Shown here one piece after another: positions 48,910-62,486 of a stretch of DNA of 64,000 nucleotides. The DNA comes from Squalus acanthias (taxonomy: Eukaryota). Positions within the stretch are counted from its first letter, which is position 1, and every line of letters begins with the position of its first letter. Position numbers and translations under genes: made by a program. The notes beneath the pieces were generated by a model. The model saw nothing but the letters and a program-made list of their open reading frames with translations, had not been told where the DNA came from and searched no databases. The stretch lies in contig CM059432.1 in the NCBI GenBank assembly GCA_030390025.1, positions 143,656,001-143,720,000 of the forward strand, read 5' to 3'.

Positions 48910-50537
48910 CTTTGAAACAAAACAATATAAATGTCAGCACTGCTCTAGTCAGATAAGCTGTCTGTAAAATATAACTAAATATAATTTTTTTTTTTTTTAA
49001 ATGCACGCGTCTGATGACTCAGCGCGCGCCAAAGACCTACGCTTGATCCCTGACCAATGCAGTTAGCTGGTCTTGGCTGGAATAGTTTACAGGCATGACG
49101 ATGGGTCTTAGTGTCTTGGGAGGTGGGTGGGGCCAGGCATTGCTATTTGCTAACCAGTGATTTGTGCCAGGCTCTGCTCTGAATCCATTCATGTGGGAGT
49201 CAGTGGGAAGCGCTCTCACCCGAGTTCAAGCCCCACTCCACAGACTTGAGCACAAAAAATCTAGGCCAACACCCCAGTGCAGTTTTGAGGGAGTGCTGCA
49301 CTGTCGGAGGTGCCGTCTTTCAGATGAGACGTTAAACTGAGGCCTCGTCTCCTCTTTCAGGTGGACGCAAAAATTCCCATGGCACGATTTCCAAGAGCAG
49401 GGGAGTTCTTCCCGGAGTCCTGGCCAAACTTAAAATTTGCAGTCAACACATAAATCATAATGAATCCACTCGAGATTTGCTTCTTTTTCAAGGGTCTGTG
49501 ATTTGGTGTACACAAATAGCTGACTAAAGTGATTTTACTGAAACTAGTCCAGAAGTTGATGTGTTGTACAAAAAATAAGTCCAGCGTCACCTTGTCAAAG
49601 AAAATGGTTGTTATGAGAATTGGTAAATGGAAATTCGGAACAGTGAGCCAGAATCTGACATTTTCAGAGTATCTAACTCAGCCTTGTATTTTCCAGAAAA
49701 ACACTGTCCCGTCTCCTGAAGCATTGCCAATTTATGATTAGGCCATAGAGTATGACAGTTGGAGCACTGTGTGCAGTCTTGGACACCCCATTATAGACAG
49801 GATATTAAAGCTATAGAGAGCGTAAAGCAAAGATTCACCAGCATTACATGGGGGAAGAGAACTACAGTTATCAGGAGAGATTTGAGATACTGAGGCTATT
49901 TCCACTGCAACTAAGGTTAAGATTTGATATAATGAGTTTTAAAAAAAATTATGAAGGGTTTGATATAGTGAATAGGGAAAGACAATTTTCTATGCTTTGG
50001 AAGTCAGTGATGTGGAGTCATGAATCTAAAATTATCACTGAGGAGTGGGGTAAGGAGACATTTCTTCACACAGGGTTGTTGGAGCTTTGGAGTGGTTGAA
50101 GCAGACGACAATACAGGGCGATGGGGAAAGTGGGGCAGTTGGGTTAGTTTTAGATTGCTGTAGCAAAGAGTCAACAGATGGGCTTGAATGGCCTCCTTCA
50201 GTGGTGTAAATTTCTATGGTTCCAACCACTGACACCATCATCATTATTTAAACCCAGAAATGATGGGGCCAAGTGTGCAATGAGGGCGGCATACGTGGGC
50301 CAAATGTGCGGGGGGGGGGGGAGAAAGAGGAGGCGGCGGGCGAACTCGGGTTGAGCGTGCAAGGGGGGGATGGAAAGGCGGGTATACTCGGGTTGAGCGT
50401 GTTTGGGGGGGGGGGGGGGGGAAGAGGAGGAGGCGGGCGTACTCGGGTCGAGCGTGCAAGGGGGGGGGATGGAGAGGCGGGTATACTCGGGTTGAGCGTG
50501 TTTGGGGAGGGGGGGGGCATATTCGGGTTGAGCGTAC

Positions 50538-50683
50538 CTGGTAGAATCTAGTTTTTGCTGTTCCAGAATGCGCTGCTGAGCCTCCCAGTTTTGCTTCTCA
50601 TCTTCGAACTGGCGGCGCTTTTCCTCAAGTTCTTTGTGCTGCGCCTCTAAATTCTTCTTCATTTGTTCATGGCGTCGCTGGAG
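50538..50683 (-). CDS. SEPT7: Septin-7 exon ([30 protein letters not shown]...KLDSTR)
   Basis: TAG acceptor and GTACGC donor; SEPT7 coiled-coil sequence. Confidence 0.97.
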
Positions 50684-51371
50684 CTATAAAACACAAGGCA
50701 ATTAAATCAAACGGGGCTCAAATAGGCCTCTGAAATGGTGTCCCTCCCTCCCTCCCTCGCCCACCCTCAATACTTTTACAATCCTATACAGTTTACAACA
50801 GTTCGCTGCCTCACGCACCAGTGAGACCTAGAATGCAGCACTCATTCGACACCCTGCTGAAGTGACAGTGAAACCGAGATATTTCACTACGGGGGCAGGG
50901 TGAAGGAGGAGGCGAGGATAAGCTGTCACTTTGCCACCCACTCAATTAAAACATTTTTGGAGGGGGAATAAGCAGATTAATGAAGCTGGTTTTTAACTCT
51001 GCAAAGTCCAATTACTGGTATGCCAGAATGATGCGGCTGTAAACATTTAAAACAAATCTCACAGCACAAAAGCTGCTGTATCTCTAAATTCGTTAATTTT
51101 TAAACTGCTATACTGCACAACCCTATATGTAGGTTTGAAGAAAAAGCCTTTCCTGAAAGGCCTAAACCAACATGCACGTATCTTGCTACTTCATTTGAGC
51201 AAACTGAACAAAATACAACGGTGATTACACTTCAAAAGTACTTCACTGGCTGTGAAACACTTTGGGATGTTCCAAGGACATAAACAACACTATGTAAAAG
51301 CAATTTCTTTATTTAGAGTCATAAGAACATAAGAAATAGGAGCAGGAGCAGGCCATATGGCCCCTTGAGCC

Positions 51372-54300
51372 GGGATAGATACTGTTCTCTGCAGCTGCGA
51401 CCGAGAGTCCCGAAGGCTGTGTTACCTGCCCGGTGCCAGGGTTAAGGACATGTCCTTGCGGCTCGAGAACAACTTGGAATGGGAGGGGGAGGATCCAGTT
51501 GTCATGGGCCATGTAGGAACCAATGACATAGGGAGAACTAAGAATGAGTTTCTGCTGAGGGAGTTTGAGGAGTTAGGGTCTAAATTAATAAGCAGAACTT
51601 CAAAAAGGTAATAATCTCTGGATTACTACCTGAGCCACACACAAACTGGCCTAGGGACAAGCAGATCAGCGTGTTAAATGCGTGGCTCAAAGAGTGGTGT
51701 GGGAGGAAGGGGTATTGATTCTGTTCAGTTGGGACGGGCTCCACTTAAACCGGGATAGGACCAGTGTCCTGGCAAATTGGATAACTAGCGCTGTAAACTA
51801 AAGAGAGAGTGGGGGGGGGGGGGGGGGTGGGGAGAGAGAGGAGAGAAAAAGAGAAGGAGGCAGGTGAGGGGAAATTTAGTAATCTAGAGAGAAAAGTCAA
51901 GGCAATAGAGCAGTGCAGTGAATTTGGTAAAGATAAGCAGTGTGTGACAGGAAAGGACAGAGAGTTTAAAGGTAATAGAGCATCAGTGAATAAGGTAAAA
52001 GCAGGGAATAATGTTAATAAGCTAGAACATTTGTAACAAGATAGACAAATTAGTGGCACAAATAGAGATAAATGTGTATGATCTAACAGCCATTAGAGGT
52101 GGAGGTTGCAAGGTGACTAGATATTCCAGGGTACTTGCTGTTTCAAAAAGACAGGCAGAACGGAAAACCGGTTGGGGAGGGGGGGGAGGAATAGCCCTGA
52201 TGATAAAGGATGACACAAGGACAGTAGTGACAAAGGATCTTGGCTCTGAAGATCAGAAAGTAGAATCAGTATGGGTGGAGAGAAGAAATAACAAGGGGCA
52301 GAAAACAGGGCCGGGGGGGAGTAGTTTATAGGCCCCCTAACAGTAGCTATAATATTGGACAGAGTATTAATCAAGAAATAATCAGAGCTTGTAACAAAGG
52401 TAATGCAACCAGGGAACAGGCTATTTTAGACCTCGTTTTGTGTCAAACGACAGGGTTAATTAGTAATCTCATAGCAAAGGATCCTCTAGGGAAGAGTGAT
52501 CATATGATTAATTTCACACTGAGTTTGAGTGTGACATTAAGTCTGAAACGCGAGTCTTAAACTTAAATTAACCCAATTATGTAGGTGTGAGGGGCGAGTT
52601 GGCTAAGGTAGATTGGGAAATTAGATTAAAAGGTATGACGGTAAATAAGCAATGGCAAACATTTAAAGAAATATTCCAAAATTCTCAACGAATATACATT
52701 CCATTGAGAACTAAAAACTCCACGGGAAAAGTGATCCATCTGTGGCTAAAGAAATTAAGGATAGTATTAGATTAAAAGAAGAGGCTTATAATGTTGTGAA
52801 GAATAGTAGTGAGTCTGAGGATTGGAGAGCTTTAGAAACCAGCAAAAGATTACCAAAAAAATTGATAAAAAGGGAGAAAATAGAATTAAAGTAAATTAGC
52901 AAGAAATATAAAAACAGATTGTAAGAGATTCTACGAGTATGTAAAAAGGAAGAGAGTAGTAAAAGTAAGCATAGGTCCCTTAGAGGCTGAGACAAGAGAA
53001 ATTATATTGGGGAACAACAAAATATTTTGTATCTGTCTTCACAGTAGAAGACACAAAAAGCACATCAAAAATAGTGGGGAACCAAGGGGCTAATGAGAGT
53101 GAGGAACTTAAAGTAATTAAGATCAGTAGAGAAAAAGTACTCAAGAATCTAACGGGACTAAAAGAGGTGGCTGCAGAGACAGTGGATGCATTGGTTGTCC
53201 AAAATTCCCTAGATTCTGGAATGGTCCCAGCAGATTGGAAGGTAGAAAATGTAACCCTGCTATTCAAGAAAGGAGGGAAGAGAAAACAGGGAACTACAGG
53301 TCAGTTAGCCTGACATCAGTTGTCGGGAAAATGCTGGAATCGATTAATAAGGGGGTGGTAACAGGGCACTTAGAAAATCATAATATGATTAGACAGAGAC
53401 AACATGGTTTTATGAACAGGAAATAGTATTTGAGATAAATTTATTAGATTTTTGAAATGTAACTAGCAGGGTAAGATAAAGAGGAACCAGTGGATGTAGT
53501 ATATTTGGATTTCCAAAAGGCATTCGATAAGGTACCACATAAAAAGTTGCTACGCAAGATAAGGGCTCATGGGGTTGGGGGTAATGCATTAGCATGGATA
53601 GAGGATTGGTTAAGGGACAGAAAACAGAGTAGGAAGAAACAGGTCATTTTCAAGTTAGCAGGGTGTAACTAGTGGGGTGCTGCAAGGATTAGTGCTTGGG
53701 CCTCAGCTATTTACGATTTATATTGATGACTTAGGTGAAGGAACCGAGTGTAATGTATCCAAGTTCGCTGACTATACAAAGCTAGGTGGAAAGGTAAGTT
53801 GCGAGGAGGACACAAAAAGCCTGCTAAGGGATATAAACAGGTTAAGCGAGTGAGCATGTGACAGATGGAGTATAATGTGAGGTTACTCACTTTGGTAGGA
53901 AGAACAGGAAAACAGAATATTTTTAAATGGTGAGAAACTATTAAATGTTGGGTGTTCAGAGAGATTTAGGTGTCCTCGTACAGGAAACACAGAGTTAGCA
54001 TGCAGGTACAGCAAACAATTAGGAAGGCAAATGGCATGTTGGCCTTTATTGCAAGGGGGTTGGGGTACAAGAGTAAGGAAGTCTTGTTACAATTGTACAG
54101 GGCTTTGATGAGACCACACCTGGAGTACTGTGCACAGTTTTGGTCTCCTTATCTAAGGAAGGATAAACTTGCCTCAGAGACTGTACAACTAAGGTTCACT
54201 AGATTGTGTCCTGGGACGAGAGGGTTGTCCTATGAGGAGAGATTGAGCCTACTCTCTGGAGTTTAGAAGAATGAGACGTGATCTCATTGAAACACAAGAT

Positions 54301-54657
54301 TCTGAGGGGGATTGACAGGGTAGATGCTGAGAGATTGTTTCTCCTGTCTGGAGAGTCCAGAACTAGGGGGCATCGTCTCAGGATAAGGGGTTGGCCTTTT
54401 AAGACTGAGATGAGGAGGAATTTCTTCACTCAGAGGGTTGCGTATCTATGGAATTCTCTGCTCTAAAGGGCTGTGGATGCTCAGACGTTGAGTATTTTCA
54501 AGGCTGAGATAGATTGATTTTTGGACTCTAGGGGAATCAAGGGATATGGGGTAGTGTGGGAAGGTGGCGTTGAGGTCGAAGATCAGCCATGATCTGATTG
54601 AATGGCGGAGCAGGCTCGAGGGACCGTATGGCCTGCTCCTAACTCTTAGGTTCTTAT
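51372..54657 (+). mobile_element. Long degenerate CR1 LINE (ORF1 esterase remnant, ORF2 endonuclease/RT remnant)
   Basis: HVGTNDIG remnant ~51510; DWKVENVT.LFKKG, YLDFQKAFDKVPH, KFADYTK, RPHLEYC.QFWSP; many stops and frameshifts. Confidence 0.92.
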
Positions 54658-54659
54658 CT

Positions 54660-55005
54660 TCAATAAGATCATGGCCTATCTTCTACATCAACGCCACTTT
54701 CCCACACTACCCCACATCCCTCGATTCCCTTAGTGTCCAAAAATCTATCAATCTCTGTCTTGAATATACTCAACGACTGAGCATCCACAGCCCTCTGGAG
54801 TAGAGAATGCCAAAGATTCACAACCCTTTCAGTGAAGAAATTTCTCCTCATCTCAGTCCTAAATGGCTGACACCTTATCCTGAAACTGTGACCCCTGGTT
54901 CTAGACTCTCCAGCCAAGGTAAACAGCCTCTCAGCATCTACCCTGTCAAGCCCTACAATTTTATATGTTTCAATAAGATCAGCTCTCATTCTTCTAAACT
55001 CCAGA
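54660..55005 (-). mobile_element. CR1 3' fragment; host of the long CR1, its tail lies at 51321-51371
   Basis: Translates to RADLIETYKI.GLDRVD...RRNFF; the two parts are collinear across the insertion. Confidence 0.8.
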
Positions 55006-57409
55006 GATTAGAGAGTCTGAATTGTTACCTAAAGGAGAAAATACAATTGCTATTACCAACATTAGAGAGAATAGTTAACCAATCTCAGAAGAAAGCTCAG
55101 TAATTAGAGATTGCTAAAACCATTATAAGGGTCCGCAATCGTCTAACTTGTGCAAGCAGTGATCTAGACAGTTTGTGTCATTAATCCAACAGGGTATCTA
55201 TCCAAGGTTTATACCCGAGATATCCTCAGATATTGCGATACTGTGAAAAATGAAGCACAAAGGGAAATCAATGCTTTTCAGATTGGCAGGTCTCGGATGG
55301 TGGTTGTGCCCCTGGAATCTGCGTGAGACCAGTGTTCCATTTATATGATGGGTGGGGGCAGACACAAGAGGAATTATATCAAAGTTTGCTGACACTAAAT
55401 TAAGACATTTCCCATCCATTGGCAGTATAAACAAACCATATGCTGCACTGTGTCAACATTCACAAGTGTGAGACTGAGGACCAAAGAACTATTTGGTAAC
55501 TGAAATAAATGTGGTGCTATTAAAATAATCGCTGTAAAACTATATGTAAACACCTTTGGAGAAAGTGGATGCCTGGTTTATCCAACGATACAAGCATGTT
55601 CCTGAAAATGCAACGGTTGCAGGCAATGCTCATGCGGAGTACAATGCAAGGTTGAGTGTTATATGCTTCAATTTTGGTTTGAAGATTTTTTAAACTAAAG
55701 GCAAAATCTTTACACGTAATCTTTGAGGTCACTAGCATGGGGGAGGGGGGGGTTCTGCTTCAGCTGTACAGACCCCATCTGAGTGCTACGTCAGGAAGGA
55801 TATTGGCCTTGGATGGGGTACAGCACAGATTCACCAGAATGATACTGAAGCTTCAAGGGTAAAATTACAAGGGCAGGTTACATAAACTTGGCTTGTATTC
55901 CCTTGAGCTTGTGGGGTGATCTAATTGAGGTCTTTAAAAAAGTGATAAAGGGACTCGATAGGGTAGATAGAGAAACTATTTCCTCTGGTGGGGGTATCTT
56001 GAACAAGAAGGCATAACCTTAAAATTAGAGCTAGACCATGTACAGTGAAATTGGGAAGCACTTGTTCCACATTAAGGGTAGTGCAAATCAGGAAGTCTTC
56101 TCTCTGCAGCTCCACCTCCTGAAAAAAAATCTGTGGATACTGGTTTGGGGGGGGGTCAATTGAAATGAAGATGGCGATCGAGACATTTTTGTTGGGTAAG
56201 GGTATCAAGGGATATGGAACAAAGGTGGTTAAATGGAGTTAGGATACAGATCAGCTATGATCCAATTGAATGGCGGAACTGAAATTTCATATGATCTAAT
56301 TTTTTTCTTCCACATTATAAATTATGTTTCAACTAAAAAAAAAATAGGTTACTGAGGTGCTGCAATGAACGCACAAAGGAACAATCTACTTGGTTGTTGG
56401 GTCAGAAATCAAGACAGTTTAAAAAAAAATTAAAATTCAATACTGAGTATTCAGGACAAGTAACTAGTTTTAATCATGAAAAACAGATAACTCAAAGTGA
56501 CCAATGCTGAGCGAGTTCCAACTTCACATTTCCCAGAGTCAACTATTCATCATCTAAGCAAGGTCCATTTAATGCTTGATTTCTTTAAAAATTCCGATTA
56601 TTTCAGCGAAGTGTACAGCTCATGCAGTTTAGAAGCTGCTTATCTCTGGGTAATAATGAATGACCATGAATTGCAGAAAGCAAAAATTCCCAATTTTCTT
56701 AATAAGCCAAGCTTTTTATTCCATTTGACTCCGATTATGGTAATTTATGATGTACCTCTATTCAAAAACAGAATTGGGGCTTCGAGGGAAAGGTCTACAC
56801 GATTCATTAGTTTTAAGTCTCTAAAGAAGTAAATCGTAGCACTCGATCTTTTCTTGGAATTTCCATGCTCCTTTTCCCCCAAAAGAGGGGAGGGAGATCT
56901 ACACAGAGTCTCTTTGGGGGCAAGGTGACACGGCCAGCAATTTAAGTTTCAAACCAAGTCAACCATTGAAATCGGCATCCAGGTCGACAGTTGTACAGAC
57001 CTCACGTGGAGTACTGTGTTCAGTTTTTGTCAGTAAGAATTTATTGGCCTTGGAGAGGGGGTACAGCACAGATTCACCAGAATGATACTGAGGCTTAAAG
57101 GGTTAAACCATGACGACAGGTTACACAAACTTGGGTTAAGTGAGTCATCCCTACATGAACTCCACATCAGGCAAGCCATTCCATATACGGTTAGAGTGTA
57201 TAGTGATTATGTTACTGGACTAATAAGCCGTTGAACGAGAGCTCAAATCCCTCCATGGCAACTGAAGAATTTTAATGCAGTTTTGAAAATCTGGAATTTA
57301 AGCTGGTATCAGTAAAAGTGACCACAATGCTGTTGGATTGTCATAATAAACTCAACTGGTTCGCTCATGCCCTTTAAGGATCTGTCGTCCTTCCCCGGTC
57401 TGGTCTGTA

Positions 57410-57774
57410 CAGGAAACTCTCTTTTAACCGGCACCCAAATAACCGGAAATCTCTCTTAACCGGCAAAATTCTTGAGTAGGTAACCGGGGTTTTCCTTCAT
57501 CTCTCCTTTAAAAATAACTTAAAAAAAAACCGAGGCATTTGCCTTGTATCGGAGCGTGTAGATTGGGAGGGGAAATGTGCAGCCCGGGTAGGCAGCGGAC
57601 ACGACAGACGGTCAGCTGGCGGTCCCCGGGGAGACGGAGCTCCGAATGCAGGCGCATGTCAGTGTGTACGGGGCTCTCGTACGTTGGGAGATATAACTCT
57701 CCGTTATCCGGACTTTTTGATTAACCGGCACCACGCCGGTCCCCGTCGGTGCCGGTTAATAAAAGAGTTTCCTG
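57410..57774. mobile_element. Tc1/mariner (pogo/Tigger-like) MITE
   Basis: ~25-bp TIRs CAGGAAACTCT..TTAACCGGCAC, TA duplication on both sides, inserted in a SINE. Confidence 0.88.
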
Positions 57775-58335
57775 TACATGACTCCATTCCCACACCAACG
57801 TGGCTGACTCTTAACTGCCCCCTGAAGTGACCTAGCTAGCCCCATCACCTGACTGGAGTGCGCAAGACAAGCTACACATTAAAAAATCATCATTTTCTGA
57901 ATGTGCATATTGCTGGAAAGGCCAGCATTTATTGTCCATCTCACTCAGTCACATCAAACCGCGATAAAAAGACTGCACGGACTGCAGTGGTTCAAGGTGG
58001 CGGCCCACCATCACTTTCTCAGAGCAAGTAGGGATGGACAATAAATGCTGGACTTGCCAGCAATATGCACATTTTGAGAATGATTTAAAAAATAAAAAAT
58101 GGTGATAACTCAGCAGCTGGTCTTGGACACTCCAGCAGGGTGATGGGACCTGTGTGTCAGACACCCAGTTTCAAAAAAAATACTTCAGAACGCAACAATT
58201 ACTGCACTTTGGGAAGTGATCACACATCGGCAAATCAATATAAACGATACCTATTCTGAAATCCGTAGACGCAGATGTTGCAAAATGCAAAACGGTTTGC
58301 AAATTGCAAACGAGTTTGTATTCTTGTGTTAATAC

Positions 58336-58471
58336 CTCTGCTTCGGAATCTTTCAGTTTCTGAATCTTCTCCTTGACTTTCATTTCGAAGACTTGTTCCA
58401 TTTCCATCTCCATCTTCTTCATCTTTGCCACATGCTCTCTCCGTTCTTCCTCCATCTGGGCCAGAGGACTT
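58336..58471 (-). CDS. SEPT7: Septin-7 exon ([35 protein letters not shown]...DSEAE)
   Basis: TAG acceptor and GTATTA donor; diagnostic SEPT7 sequence. Confidence 0.97.
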
Positions 58472-60347
58472 CTATGGTCAGTAAAGAGGATTAACGAGTT
58501 AGTTTCACAATACACAAAATACATGCACACCAAATGAAGATTTAGGATAGATGTGATTTAAGAGTTTTAGAAGAAACAATTCAGGAAAATGTTTCAGGTG
58601 TGCCAGGCCATCATAAGCATGTCATCCTATTAAATGACTGCCACACTGTCCCACCTTTAACCCAAAAGCTATGGAAATTGAATAGGAAAGGCTTCTTCAT
58701 GGCACTGGAGAAATCACTGTCCTCACTCCTTCTAAATCAGCATGAAAAGCTAAAGGGAAGAGTGGAAAAAAACACCACTTTACCCCTTGTGAACAACAAA
58801 TTACGTGTGCGCATACGTGCACAAACAAAGGCTTACTTAGTTTAGTTTTTAAAAAGTAGTTCATTTTCCCTATAGGGCTCCTTGTGAATTATTTACCATC
58901 CATAACTCCAGCTGTTACAAACTTAAGATGGCTTCCTGGAGACACTGCAAGGGTATGTAGTGCAGTTCTGGTAAAGTCTCCGAGTGAGAAATACATGCAT
59001 GTGACTTTACTGGTTAAACTATCCACCCATGGGATGTGGAATGAAAAATAAAAATCAGAAAACTGGGGCAAAGCAGGAGGAGGACGACGACAAGACCCAA
59101 CAGATCCTTACTTCAACGGGAAATCTTGTATAAGAAGAACTTAATACGGCAAAAGTACTCAACTAATATAGATTTTGATTAGGTGGGGGTGGGAGAAGAG
59201 AAGGAAAGGAAGTCTTGTTGTAGAACAGTGAGCTCTCAGTGGGACAAACACCCAAAGGAAACATCCCCAGACTTGCTCATTGAATCATACTCAAATTAAG
59301 AAACACTTGATTTTCAAAAACACTGTCTAAAGGTTTACACTCAGACAAGTGTTTTCAAAACTAATCATAAAACAAAATCACATCATTCCCATCAAAGCCA
59401 AATGATCGATACCTAGGGAAAACAAAAAGAGGAAAAAGGGATTGCAAAACCAGCCAGCAGAATCCTGAAGAAAAAGTCCCAGTCATCCTGACGGAAACCC
59501 TTTAGTATCAAGATCAGTATATCAAAAGGTGACAAAAGAAATTGTTCTGGTTAGTTTTATTGTAGACCAATGCTGGGGACACCACCATACTTCCTTTGAC
59601 TAAAATCACGTAGTTCTGGTTCTCCTAGATGCCCATCAGAAGGATGCAATCATAAGCTGGGTCACTTTAATTTCAAATGCAATGATTGCAGCACCATTTG
59701 CATCCTACTGCCTCCATTGAACAAAGGGGAAATGGAAGAAAAAACAAACATTCATTCATTCAGAGTATGGTACTGCTGTACAGCAAGAAACAAGACTACT
59801 GGTTTGGCCACCACTCCTAAAAGGACTTGTAGAACTGTGGAAACGAGGAGGAAAGCAAAAAGCAGTTCAAGATCTTAGTTACATACAAGCATCTACGCAT
59901 GGAAGCTTTTTCATCCTTCCTACCATCTACCCATATGTAATATGCTTACCAGAAAATACACGTTTAACTAGCAGAGAAAGTTTGTTCTGTAGATTGTTCC
60001 AAAAATAACATTGCTAAATTTAAAAGTCAAACTGTCTAAAGTAAAACTCTCACTACATAATTCTACAATAATTTAGCTTGAAGGAAAATATTCGAAGTTA
60101 CACTTTGAGCTTGGACATTAGGTCCAGATATTTCACTCATTCATTTTTTTCCCTACCAATTAGGTATTTTTTTTTAGCAATTGGAAATATTTTTGGAACA
60201 AGCAGTTTTCGTATTTGGACCACCTTATGGAGATAATGCTAAAGATATGCCAGAAAGTTAATACTTTTGTGTCCGATGGAACTGAAATTCAAGTTGGTGC
60301 TAAAAAGGGTTGGAAAGTTCTTACAAATAATTTAAACAACCACTTAC

Positions 60348-60368
60348 ATGCCTTCAACTGTGTCAAAT
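60348..60368 (-). CDS. SEPT7: Putative 21-nt SEPT7 cassette microexon (K-FDTVEG-I)
   Basis: TTTTTCTTTTTAG|ATTTGACACAGTTGAAGGCAT|GTAAGT; frame-preserving, no stop. Confidence 0.75.
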
Positions 60369-62360
60369 CTAAAAAGAAAAACAGATACACAGACACTTAG
60401 GATGAGGAAAACACAGCCATACATTAAATTACATGGAGAGGTTATAAAGGTGAAATAAAACATTTAAAATCTGACATTAGGCAATTTCATTCAATGGTGT
60501 AAATACTCAACCTTCAAGAATACAGTTCGTTTCTGCAAACATTCTCAGATTTTCCCCTGTGATATGCAAGGTATCCAACTGGAAGTTAGTCTATCCTGTC
60601 CCGCAGGGCTTATAATTCAAAGTGTGTGGGAATACTAATTGAATTGGTTACAGAATTCAAAATATAAAACTCCTGGTGGGTCTCTACTTTAAACTATGGG
60701 CGACTGTTCCATAAAATGTTCACCTATCACCACGTGAAAAATAATTTGCTATGTGTTGACTGAATGGATCTTAAGATGTTGACTGGACTACCGACTGTTT
60801 ATGAAGCTGATCAGTGGGATAATAAGCCAGATCGGCCACAAAAAATTCTACCCTCCGCACTTCATTTCCCTGACCCATAAAGAAGCACGACTTGTTTCCA
60901 ATTGGAGCGCTACTTTTCATAGTCACCTGTTTTAAGACAGGTGAAGTTTAATTGCAGCATAGTATCTTGCACATCACAGACATTCTGACAAGGTTGGTGC
61001 CGGGCAATTTTATTCACAATCACTTTTCACTCCAAATTACTTTACTAAATGTTTTGATGACTTATCTGTTGGAAAAACTTATTTCAGCTTTAAAAAGACA
61101 GTATTTCTTCTGATAAGTGCGCTCAATTTAAAGCCACACAGCTGCCTCCAAATTTTGAAAACATAATTAAATCCTAATACTTGAATTATTCTGTATTCTG
61201 TTGGCATTTTACAGTTTTTAAAAAGGTCATGTAACTTCAGAAATACTGCCTTCAAACTCCATGTTTTTTAAAATGTGTATTTCCTTTACACCCCTCATAT
61301 GAAAGAAAATGGTTAAGTATATGTTTAAGAATCTGGGCCAGTCATTAAAAAGAAACAAATTTCTTAAACGATAGCCCAAGAACACCATAACAAAATGTAC
61401 ATCATCTTAAAACCACAACCTATCAATTGGATGATTGAATTTGAAATTCCTGCAAGTTTAAAAACCAAAGTCAAATGACAACAGGCAGCATGATGGTGCT
61501 GAACATTAAGCTCACCACCACCATTTCCCACACAGTGAGCTCCCAGTTTCAGTTGCATCAGTGCGATGAGCTAAAGCGTGAAAGCACGGCAAGTCTACAA
61601 CTGAGAGGGAGGAGACCGCAAAAGGAGCATCAGTGCGGGCTGATCTTGCGCACCGGCTGATGAATGGATTACATATCTGCATTGGCAGTGGTCTTTGAGT
61701 AAGTTGCCTGTCCATCCATTTGGTTACGGCCAAGTGCATAGCATGGGGGAGGCCATGGGAAGAAATGGTTAAATACTTCAGTGGCTTGGGATAGCAATAC
61801 AGATGTTACGATGCTCTCTTCAGAACCAAACAGCTATAATTGAGTCCCACAGCTGTGCATCTGTTTATAGTGCCATGTGTTCCATCTTAAAAGAAACTCC
61901 ACGTCTTGGCTAAATGCAGATGAGCAACACAAGAATTGCGAGTCCCTCCTTGCATAGAAGTTAGGCAAGACCAACATACATAAAAGGAATTTTATACTTG
62001 TTCCTCATTTACAAAACATTTTAAAGCACTGTATACAATCAATTACTACAGAGCAGAATATTCTTCTCCATCAGTGCAGAGAACAAACTTTTGGGAAGCC
62101 ATGAGAAAGTGGATTAGAAATGTTTCTTGTGGAAGTGGAACAAAGACACAGCATTTTAAGCACAACAGACTGCATAAGGTTTCCAGATGTTTGCTAACTG
62201 AGGACACCATTAATGCATAGAAAGAATCTCCTTGAGGTCTGCAGAACATTTTCAGTAAATCCTGTTAATGGTTTTGATGGCCATCATTTACTTTGTGTAA
62301 AGAAGTTAAAGGGTTAAGTAAATGCCCCAACAGCGAGAGAGGATAAAAGAAGTTTCTTAC

Positions 62361-62486
62361 TTGGTCAACTGGCCTTTGTTTTTATTGTTATCAACACCAT
62401 TGTACGTGACTGCAGCCAGCTTTCTGCTCCTGTAATTCTCATAGTGAACATTGTTGGTCACATCCTTCAGATCCTGCATGTGAGTT
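62361..62486 (-). CDS. SEPT7: Septin-7 exon ([23 protein letters not shown]...GQLTK); gene continues beyond the window
   Basis: TAG acceptor and GTAAGA donor; septin unique element [16 protein letters not shown]. Confidence 0.97.

Noticed and set aside
59950..59967. 18-nt microexon-like unit TGCTAG|TTAAACGTGTATTTTCTG|GTAAGC on -
   Set aside because: Gives an immediate TAA in the SEPT7 frame and has a short pyrimidine tract; cannot be separated from chance without RNA data
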